NCBI GenBank assembly: GCA_030141605.1
Contig: JAQGDQ010002176.1
Coordinates: 1-11,555, forward strand
Length of the DNA stretch: 11,555 bases
Direction of reading: 5' to 3'
DNA from: Tubiluchus corallicola
Taxonomy: Eukaryota > Animalia > Priapulida
The translations under genes and the position numbers were made by a program. Shown piece after piece: positions 1 to 8,270 of the stretch. Each line of letters begins with the position of its first letter. Within the stretch, counting starts at the first letter, position 1. The notes under the pieces are model-generated. The model made no database searches. It worked only from the letters and a program-made list of their open reading frames with translations, and was not told where the DNA came from.

Positions 1-420
1 GGAGTGATGTATGTACATCATGTTGTACGATGGCTATGATAAGGTGGAGTGATGTATGTACATCATGTGATACGATGGGTATGATAAGGTGGAGTGATGT
101 ATGTACATCATGTGATGCGATGGGTATGATAAGGTGGAGTGATGTGGAGTGTTGTGTGTGCATCATGTGATGCTATGGCTATGATAAGGTGGAGTGATGT
201 GGAGTGATGTATGTACATCATGTGATACGATGGCTATGATAAGGTGGAGTGATGTATGTACATCATGTGATGCGATGGCTATGATAAGGCGGAGTGATGT
301 GGAGTGATGTGTGTACATCATGTGATGCTATGGCTATGATAAGGCGGAGTGATGTGGAGTGATGTATGTACATCATGTGATGCTATGGCTATGATAAGGT
401 GGAGTGATGTATGTACATAT
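1..420. repeat. Minisatellite with 45-bp and 55-bp unit variants (truncated by the window edge)
   Basis: Consensus GGAGTGATGTATGTACATCATGTGATRCKATGGCTATGATAAGGY. Units start at 1, 46, 91, 136, 191, 246, 291, 346 and 401 (partial). The 55-bp units carry an extra GGAGTGATGT. Confidence 0.97.
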
Positions 421-803
421 GTGGTGTGAGTTGTCGATCAGGATTTACAAGGAAAATTCCTTTGCAGGGGGACTAACTAGTGCTTTATTATTCATTAGTC
501 ATCGTAACTCCTGGCTTCATACAAAAAAGTTTTTGACAAATAGGACGCACATATTATAACCAAGTCTAGTTTTTGCCTACATTTTCTGCGGATCTAACGG
601 ATGCGCGAACATTCAAACATCACATAATCCGCAGATTATGCGGAAGCAGATAAAAGAAAAAGTGATATTTGCATGTGAACAAAAACCATTGATCCATTCG
701 CATCTACTTTGTGTTTCGTAAAAAATGGATGTCAAATCAATCGAGGATCTCAACCAAAAACCCAAATTTTGCCATCCTCATCAAAAAAAGTTGAGAAACT
801 TAC

Positions 804-970
804 CATTTTGCATAGACAGAAGAGAAATTTTCTTATGCAATGTCCAGGTGGTCCAGGATAATCCCGCTAATCCCAGAAGAAGAATAATGAATAAAACTAG
901 TTGAAAGAAAAGCCAGCAAGAACAGCCCGGTTCTTTGACATCGTTGTTGTTATTCGCAACATTCTGTTTC
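804..970 (-). CDS. Second coding exon (transmembrane helix) of a type II single-pass membrane protein
   Basis: Strong acceptor ttgtttttcctacttccag|G at 971/970 and consensus donor G|gtaagt at 804/803. The 167 nt are open in the phase set by the upstream exon: (R)KQNVANNNNDVKEPGCSCWLFFQLVLFIILLLGLAGLSWTTWTLHKKISLLSMQN. Contains a hydrophobic run of about 22 aa. Confidence 0.85.
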
Positions 971-2139
971 CTGGAAGTAGGAAAAACAATTCAAAATAAT
1001 TATGTAAGATATAATTCTATCTGGGACATATTAACAAATAGGCTAACTAGGCTATAGCCAAGGGTGCCAAAGTTTGGGGGGGGGGGCGTCACTTTTAGAA
1101 AAAATTCTTAATCTCCACGGAAAATGTGTAATATGTACTTTCATATTCATGTAAATGGCGCATTTCATAACACACCACAGGCAGTTACTGAGAACAACTT
1201 TTATGTAAGTGCTACATAACGAACAGGTGCAAGGTATTGCACAGAAAGCAGTTGCACAGCCTGCTTGAATATGAGCGCTATGCAAATACATGTAATTAAT
1301 AATGACCACGTAGAACCTAGATTAATAGTGTTTCTAACACACCACAAGTAATTGTTTCATCTGCTCATTAATAAATCATAAAGAACCATTAAGAAGATGG
1401 GTGGGACAGAACTATCAGCCTAGGGCATCGTAGAGTCTTAAAGGGCACTGAATTCCATGTAGGCCTGATAGAAACTTTGCTCTTTTGCAATTTCTTGCAG
1501 TTATGAAAGAAGAAAAATGGGAGTGCCGTGAACCGAATTCCTAAATTTTGCCCTAGTTTGAAAAACAAGTGCCTAGACTTCGTTTCTGATTGAAATAAGT
1601 ATAAAAGCTGCTGTTTACAGTACACCCGAGAAAGAAACCAAGAACACTGGATTAAAACATGTGCATATTATTACAATTCACACTTTGGTATATGCAATGA
1701 ACAATGAAACTGCATTAATTAATAATTTGCATTTTGTAGGTAGATGCCAACTCCATCAAAAAGTCTATGGTTTATTCATACCTAATACTAGTGGCGGCTC
1801 GTGTATAGATACTGTGGAACTGCAGCACCCCCTATTTTCATTATCGATAATATTCAATATAATAAGTCTTTTTTCTTTGGTTCTCTCTTTATACTTGCAC
1901 GAAACCAGAGCACGTGAGGGTAGTAGCGTTTGCTTCACATCCCAGCACAGCGCGCTCCAGCAATGCAGTGTTTGGCTGTTGTGTGCATGCGGCGATATGC
2001 ACATGTCTGCGTCCAGGTAGAGAAAGTACTGTCGCTCATACAGTTTGCTGTCAGTTGTCATGTGCTGTTAGTGATGATTAGAGACCGACTTACGTGTGCT
2101 CTTATGTCAAACTTATAATATCTACACGTATTATACCTG

Positions 2140-2331
2140 ACGTTTGAAAAGTCAGATGCCGAATTCTGATACTTTTTTGGTACTTTTGCGACATGTAAGT
2201 TTGTATATGAGACTGATACTTTTATGTTAAAGACACTTATATTATGAGTCTAGGATGTTATGAGTTTCTTTATATTCTACGATTACTGATAAATTGCGTT
2301 TTATCGCTTTTTTACACTGGTCTTCTGTCAT
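2140..2331 (-). pseudogene. Possible degenerate CARD (death-fold) domain remnant inside the intron
   Basis: caaaATG at 2331 starts MTEDQCKKAIKRNLSVIVEYKETHNILDS* (stop 2244-2242). Shifted frames continue with SVFNIK and YQSHI...KSIRIRHL. By eye this resembles CARD helices 1-4; no profile search was run. Confidence 0.3.
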
Positions 2332-2628
2332 TTTGGACGCATTGCACAAAAAACAGGTGCTGCACCTGTCAGTTCAGATGCGTTAGTTTGTGACAAACGA
2401 TATATGTTCGACAGCTCATTCGTGAGCATAGCGGTAAATTTGAAATTTGAATTTTTATTTTAAAACTTGCCTAGTTTTAGTACAACACACTGAACATCTT
2501 ACATTAGCACTGTACTTCAATTTTTGCTTTTCAAAAATGTGCAACAAGCTTGTGGAATATTTTTGCTCTTGAAAACTTTAGTTGCTACTTTAGTTTGTGA
2601 TGTCATCAATAGTTGAGTTCGCCCACCG

Positions 2629-2660
2629 TTAATTATTAATTATTAATCGATTATTAATTA
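2629..2660. repeat. Short (TTAATTA)n tandem repeat
   Basis: ttaattattaattattaatcgattattaatta. Confidence 0.7.
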
Positions 2661-2794
2661 TCAGAAATGCGTTCGCAGATGTAATCGTGTCAATTTAAAC
2701 GTATACTTTTTATCGGACTTGAAAACGAGGTAGTAAATGAAAAATCTTCCCGTCTTCCTATAAAAAACGATCAGATATCAGTGCACGTATTTAC

Positions 2795-2916
2795 CTAGTC
2801 TTGAAAAACTTCTTCTTCTTCCGTGCAGCTGGCGCCGGCCTAAATTGCAAATCATCAACGCTCGAATCACTGCTCAAATGATCAAGCAGGGTAAATTCTT
2901 CCTTTTTGACATCCAT
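2795..2916 (-). CDS. First coding exon (cytoplasmic N-tail) of the same membrane protein
   Basis: ATG at 2916 in Kozak context gccATGG, with an in-frame upstream TAA at 2949-2947. Encodes MDVKKEEFTLLDHLSSDSSVDDLQFRPAPAARKKKKFFKT(R). Donor gtaaat at 2794. Candidate acceptors upstream at 2954/2953 (ctcttgcctgcag) or 3001/3000 (atttaccttag) imply an earlier non-coding exon. Confidence 0.75.
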
Positions 2917-3073
2917 GGCATAATGCAAATGTTCATAAGCCAGAATTTAGTGACTGCAGGCAAGAGATCATTTTATTGCACGTTTCTGGCAAATTCGTAT
3001 CTAAGGTAAATAATGAATACATGCTATAGCATCAGTTATTAATAGAGGCTGAAGCTGAGTCAGTTGCTACTAC

Positions 3074-3613
3074 CGGGGATGAGAATGATAAATTGCAAAA
3101 AAACTCTGAAACAGGCCGGGGTTTTTGGGGCCACCTAGGCCCCCAATGGGGTTGAGGGGCAAAGCCCTCATCGGAGTTCAAGGGGGCAAAGGCCCCTTGG
3201 AGCCAGCAGCAAATTGCTATTTTGTGACCATATAGAACCTCTAAGTGGACTTAAAATATCAGTTACCTTGTTTCATGCATAATTTAAAATACCCAACTAT
3301 CAAGGATACATGATACCTAATTGTCTCAAAAACGCCTAAGTACTGGCCGCTCCTATGCAAAAGTATATAAAAACTGTCTGCAATTGACTCAAATAACTAC
3401 GCACAATTTTTATACATAGAGATATACATGTGGTTACACTGATGTACGTGATGTAAACAAAGTGATGGCCTGCCAACTATCGGTCAGCTTATGAAATAAT
3501 GTACTGGGTCCGTAAAAATTTTCTTAACGAATTTACGCGATTTACAAAAGTGGCACTACTGGTCTTCCAAAAACTCGGAATTCCGCGTATCCGCAAAAAA
3601 ATTCTCATCCCTG
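3074..3613. mobile_element. Non-autonomous hAT-type DNA transposon (MITE-like, 540 bp)
   Basis: 13-bp TIRs CGGGGATGAGAAT (3074-3086) and ATTCTCATCCCTG (3601-3613), 1 mismatch. Perfect 8-bp TSD GCTACTAC at 3066-3073 and 3614-3621. CAGGG-type ends with an 8-bp TSD are hAT hallmarks. No transposase ORF. Confidence 0.9.
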
Positions 3614-3620
3614 GCTACTA

Positions 3621-4536
3621 CAGGGGTGTGCAAAATATCTGACTAGCTGGGCTATATTACATTCTAAAAATGAGGCATCAAACAGCAAACCAAAGCGACT
3701 AACTGCATTTTTAAGTTAAAGTTGCTTAAACTTATCAAATAAAACTTATCCCAAATAATTGTTATTGATTTGCTTTTGCCAGGGTTGCTACTGGAACGAA
3801 ATTTTTCTTTCCTGTTTGCCAATAACTGCACTTTCGGTTAAGTTTCGGTGAAATTGATTAAATTTCATAGTGGAAATTTCTAATAATTTTCCGAGGTTTT
3901 ATTAGTATTTAATCCAATTTACCTTTTTTCTCTTAGCTACCAAAAACCGCTGAAAAATCTTGGTTAAATTAGTTCAAATAAAGCAAAAATTTCGTTTACA
4001 TAACAGTTTGTAAAGCACTTTTACCGGCAATGTGGCATATCTTCAGGACTGATGACTGTGAAATTTTAGGGTCTTCATGCCCAATCAACCGAAATATCAA
4101 ACTACATTTGAATTTAGTTGAGCAAAATCATGTTTAATTTTATAATTTATGAAACATAGGCGACAAAATATCTACAAAATAAAATTTGTTTATTTTTAAT
4201 GATGCACTATGATCTTTAAACATTAAAGATACTTAAATCTAAAAACGTTATAACACATTTTTTTAAGGTAAAAAAAACTCCATCAAACATGAGGTTCTAT
4301 ACTATAAAACTTCTGTGTCCCATTTGTATTATAATTTTTTATCAATAATTTGGCACCACAGAAAAATAAAAACAAACAAAACAAACAAAAAAACAAGATA
4401 TTTTACTTATTTTAGAATTTTACTTTTTTCATTCTTAATAATAGTTGGTTTTGCGCTTTTGTTTCGGTATCGGTTTGTTTCGGTAACATCCCTGCTTTCT
4501 GCACCTGAGTGATTCCGCTAGTCCCACTGCCTGCAC
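3621..4536. mobile_element. Older degenerate TIR element hosting the 3780-4494 insertion
   Basis: Left end CAGGGGTGTGCA. GTGCA-N8-GACTAGC (3628-3647) is mirrored with identical spacing by GCTAGTC-N8-TGCAC (4517-4536). The outermost right TIR bases and the TSD are not recognisable. Confidence 0.35.
3780..4494. mobile_element. Second non-autonomous hAT-type element (715 bp), more diverged
   Basis: TIRs CAGGGTTGCTACTGGAAC (3780-3797) and GTTTCGGTAACATCCCTG (4477-4494) match at 14/18. Flanks CTTTTGC (3773-3779) and CTTTCTGC (4495-4502) fit an 8-bp TSD with a 1-bp deletion. Subterminal TTTCGGT motifs occur near both ends. Confidence 0.65.
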
Positions 4537-4790
4537 TTATTTACCTTGTAATAACTAAAAGTTCTGTTAATTCTGTTAAGCTAAAATAAATATTACTGTA
4601 TTAATTTGTGACGTGTAACTTTCTTATAATATGAACATGCCTATATTATATTTATAACAAGGATGCTGGATTACATATTATAGTGTGAAAACCTGCCGGT
4701 GGAGCCACTAAGTGGTGATGACTATCTAATATTGTGCAATTTGTCACAATTACAGCGGAAGAACTATTTGTCTCAAAAGTTATATTTATA

Positions 4791-4837
4791 ACTACTACTA
4801 GTAGAGATTTACTACTATTATTACTACTACTAGTACT
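4791..4837. repeat. Degenerate (ACT)n microsatellite
   Basis: actactactagtag...actactattattactactactagtact. Confidence 0.65.
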
Positions 4838-5863
4838 GATATTAGGCATTACAACTCAGTAAAAGCTGTTATTTTGCAATTTTTGTTAATTATTATTTAG
4901 CTGCCTCTACAATGAAGCAAAAAACTCTTGTTCACAAGTAAACGATCATTCCTTGCTGAATTTCTGCCCAGCCAATATTGGGGTGGCTGATTCGATAACA
5001 AATGTTTTTCGCCACCCCTTCCCATTTGTTTGGCTTTTTTTATTTATATCTATTTTTCTTTGTATTGTTATTGGGATAAAAAATAAATGATTTGATTTGT
5101 CGAGTGTGAAGTGCAAGTATAAAACTATATCTAAGTCCATCATTACAATTTTATCACGTTATAGGCTACTTTTCTTGACACATCGAAAAGATACCTTACA
5201 GTGTATTGCTTTCCTGAAAGAAAAAATGATACTTCCTTAGATAAAACAAAAAGAAATGTTGTTAGTTACACGTGTATTATAAAAAAGGTACGACCTTCCA
5301 TACTCTGTTATGGCTCTGTACATTGCCCTTTAATTCATCGAAATTGCGACGCACCGTCAGATTGTCTGCCGAATATGCACGACATTTGAGACCCTTCATG
5401 CAAACGAAAATAGAACTGCGGATTACGGAATCGATTTAGTGAATCAAGTGCGAATAATGCAGTATATTTTATTTCATTTTATATTTTCATTGAATTATAC
5501 TGTTGTCTGTTGATACTACAAGCATTTTACTAATGTCATTATAATTTTCTTAATTGTATCAGTTCAAGTTTATTTTATTTAATTTAATTCGGCATACTAA
5601 AGGCTTTACAAACACTTGTATGCAAAGAGTCACAGTATGAGACTGTGTACAGGGTAAAACGACAATAATAACAAAACTGCCTATTAACCGCTAAGTGCCT
5701 TGTATAGCATTTATTTGCCTCACTCTGAAATACAGTAAAAAGTATATACATTTGTACACCTATAATAATGCCAAAGTGTTTCTGATAATTAAATATTAGA
5801 TTCAAAACCTAATAAACGGCTGCCAAACGTAGTTAGTGATGACACCACAACTGAACATAGTTT

Positions 5864-6379
5864 TCAACAGCACAAACATTCCCCAAGTCTGATATACAAG
5901 ATTTGGCAAATTTGAAGTTTACCTCTGTGCTCATGTATGAGCTTTCGAACTTGTGCACTACGTTCACAACTGAATGCCACTAAGTTGAGTGGTACACCAT
6001 GTGTTTTAGTGTAACACACTTCTGAGATGCATGCATTAGTGCCCATTTAACTGGCGAATGTAGAGATCCATGTTAAAGAAAAGAGAACTAGCTGCTCGAA
6101 CGTGAAATAGCATTTCTGTGGGAATAATTCTTTCACAAAAGTCATTCTTGAAAAAAATAGTACATTCCCTTTCACTACTTTTGTGAAGTAAATTATTTTG
6201 ACATATAGTACGTTCAAGATTGTGTCCGGTTTTCCTCTAATTTCGATAATTGTTAAGAGCAGTGGTATCCTGACCACATAGCTAATCATCTCCCCTGTAG
6301 CTGTAGATAAATTATGAGACAAATGCATGATCGTTTTACAATATGCTGCAATACACGGACATGTTTTTACTGTAACCAT
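5864..6379 (-). pseudogene. Long frame with a single internal stop; possible decayed coding exon with weak NACHT helical/winged-helix resemblance
   Basis: ORFs 6379-6047 and 6046-5864 are contiguous in one frame (172 codons, one internal TAA) in AT-rich DNA. Acceptor-like tttatctacag near 6301 and donor-like ag|gtaaac near 5921. Motifs RIPLLLTII, LYVKII and QKCYFTFEQL are judged by eye only. Confidence 0.2.
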
Positions 6380-6770
6380 GGAGTAAAGGCAAAGATTTGA
6401 ATCTATCTTTTAGTCAAACTGAGATTTCTCGTTGATATGGCTGAGATCAAGCTAAAAAAGATGGTCGATAATGTTTTCACCCAGCCTTGAATTTCTTTCT
6501 GTCTAAACATACATGTGTTCTATTATTTATCAACCATGACGTTTGGCATTCAGTTATGCATAACTGATTAATAATATCTTAGGCTGTAATGCAAAAGAAA
6601 TACTTGCTACAAAATATGATGCGTGACGATTGCGGATTAGTAATGAATTAAAATATTAATTCTAAATTAGTAATACTACATAGAATCGATGAATTGATGA
6701 AATAGTAATTAATGAATACATGGAAATTAATGAATTAGTAATAATTGATGAAAAGCGACACGTAGGTTTT

Positions 6771-6920
6771 ATAATAATAATGATGACGATTATTATAAAA
6801 TGATAATACTTCGACGACGACGACAACAATGACAATGATGATGATGATGACGAAGACGACAACAATGATGATGATGATGACGACGACGACGACAACTACG
6901 ATGATGATGATAATAATAAT
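6771..6920. repeat. Compound trinucleotide microsatellite (AAT/GAT/GAC/AAC)n
   Basis: Runs of gacgacgac, gatgatgat, aacaat and aataataat. Explains the poly-Ser ORF 6662-6895. Confidence 0.92.
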
Positions 6921-6975
6921 TTATAGTTATTTATATAACCCATCATATCAGGTGATCTCGAAGCGCTTCACAATT
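6910..6975 (-). mobile_element. 3' tail of an L2-clade LINE or an L2-dependent SINE
   Basis: Minus strand reads TGTGAAGCGCTTCGAG (6972-6957), then TATATAAAT (6937-6929), then ATTATTATTATCATCATC. This matches the known L2-type 3' end pattern TGTAAAGCGCTTTGAG...TATATAAAT plus a short-repeat tail. Confidence 0.55.
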
Positions 6976-7590
6976 AAAAAGTCTGCTATAACTTCCAGCT
7001 GCATGTAAAGTCGTTATAAGATTGATCGTTCTAAAATCACAAAATTATACTAATTGTAAATAGTACGATGGGATTATAAGATCAATTCTAAAAGCCATCG
7101 TAAAATTGTTAACAACATACGTAACTCTCTGCACTGTAATGTGTAGACAATGCTATGAGCCGTATGGATAATGTAATGTATCTATGTGACCGTTTCTCGT
7201 GATGGGCAACAAGTACAATTTGGCTTAACTGTGCTCCCACTTTTGTCTCTGCATCCGTGACTGTTGAGATCCCTCGGGATCAAGAATCAGTCAAGATGTA
7301 ATTGAGAAAAGCCGACTTTCAATCGACTATGTAGACTGCTCCTGAATAAAGCCATGTGTGTACAATTACTACAACAAGTACCACTACAAATTAGTAAAAT
7401 CGATGTATGTCTTACATCGCATATTTACCGAATATCGAAGTAATTACCAATTGTAAATATTTATCGAATGTCGAAGTAATTGTAGGCCCAGATGCATTGT
7501 AGGCCTAGATATCGTACTAGAAAAAAATCATGCAGTACATGCCTTTTATTCGAGTAAGACAAAGGTAGGTCTAAGTTGTTTTTGCGCCTC

Positions 7591-7905
7591 TTATATAACC
7601 TTCCAGATGTCACCTGTGGGTACTTCTTCCGCGTGAGTAACATCGTCGACTACAATGACTACAGCGAGGTCAGAGGACGCCATTAAATGTCATCTCTCGT
7701 CGCAACAAACTCGGCAAACAATGTCACCGAAATTGTCGCTTCGACTTACTGAAGTTTTAAAGTCGAGTAGCCTACAGCGGAACGCGTCTTCCAAGGGCAG
7801 TTGTAAATACCAGTCTAACTTTGTAGCATCTCTATATAACTGCGTTTCATACTTATATGCTTCTGATCGGCGCCAGTGATTTAGGAGGACTAAATTGAAT
7901 GACAA
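7591..7905. other. Relatively CpG-rich segment with coding-like and splice signals on both strands (exon or promoter candidate, unresolved)
   Basis: Plus strand: acceptor ccttccag|7607 then (x)VTCGYFFRVSNIVDYNDYSEVRGRH* ending at 7686, with mostly C/G-ending codons. Minus strand: ATGGCG at 7683 gives MASSDLAVVIVVDDVTHAEEVPTGDIWKVI*, in frame with ORF 7905-7690 across one TGA. Minus-strand donor a|gtaagt at 7750/7749. Confidence 0.3.
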
Positions 7906-8010
7906 ACTTTAAGATCCGGAGTCCCATTTAGGCCTACTTACAATAACGTTTTACGCGCCACACTGGTGTTAAATGGTATAGCTAAATGGCCCTCGTGAAG
8001 ACGCGCCGTA

Positions 8011-8270
8011 TATAATATAGTATAGTATAATATAGTATGGTATGGCATGGCATGGCATGGCGTGGTGTGGTGTGGTGTGGTGTGGTGTGGTGTGGTGTGG
8101 TGTGGTGTGGTGTGGTGTGGTATGGTATGGTATGGTATGGTATGGTATGGTATGGTATGGTATGGTATGGTATGGTATAGTATAGTATAGTATAGTATAG
8201 TATAGTATAGTATAGTATAGTATAGTATAGTATAGTATAGTATAGTATAGTATAGTATAGTATAGTATAA
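8011..8270. repeat. Compound pentanucleotide microsatellite, 52 units
   Basis: TATAA/TATAG x5, TATGG x2, CATGG x3, CGTGG x1, TGTGG x11, TATGG x11, TATAG x18, TATAA x1, all in an unbroken 5-bp register. Confidence 0.98.

Larger units (their letters stand above)
971..2794 (-). other. Phase-2 GT-AG intron (1824 nt) joining the two coding exons
   Basis: AG|gtaaat donor at 2795/2794 and ttccag|G acceptor at 971/970. The split codon AG+G gives Arg and keeps the frame open. Confidence 0.75.

Noticed and set aside
1-420. CRISPR array or coding repeat
   Set aside because: No unique spacers, and the 45/55-bp mixture breaks any reading frame.
541-780. Possible MITE with GCGGA/TCCGC motifs and hairpin CATAATC-cgca-GATTATG (623-640)
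   Set aside because: No convincing TIR pair or TSD.
1052-1309. 85-aa ORF and G11 run (1076-1086) after a TIR-like CAAGGGTGCCAAA
   Set aside because: Non-ATG start, no recognisable motifs, and no matching TIR or TSD.
1661-2118. Plus-strand ORFs of 119 and 62 aa
   Set aside because: Non-ATG starts, no recognisable domain, and antisense to the intron of the supported gene.
4315-4512. 65-aa ORF with basic and hydrophobic stretches
   Set aside because: Lies in the low-complexity A/T-rich end of the hAT element.
4980-5018. GGGGTGGC...GCCACCCC inverted repeat
   Set aside because: Only an 8-bp stem with no supporting context; not a terminator in eukaryotic DNA.
1438-5333. TTAAAGGGCACTG (1438-1450) and CATTGCCCTTTAA (5321-5333) as TIRs of one 3.9-kb element capturing an exon
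   Set aside because: The 12/13 match includes TTAA and ends abruptly, and the element would enclose the host start exon. Independent element ends or chance are more likely.
6662-6895. Poly-Ser ORF
   Set aside because: It is the translation of the trinucleotide microsatellite.
7421-7481. 25-bp direct repeat (23/25 identical, 36-bp period)
   Set aside because: An ordinary local duplication with no further structure.
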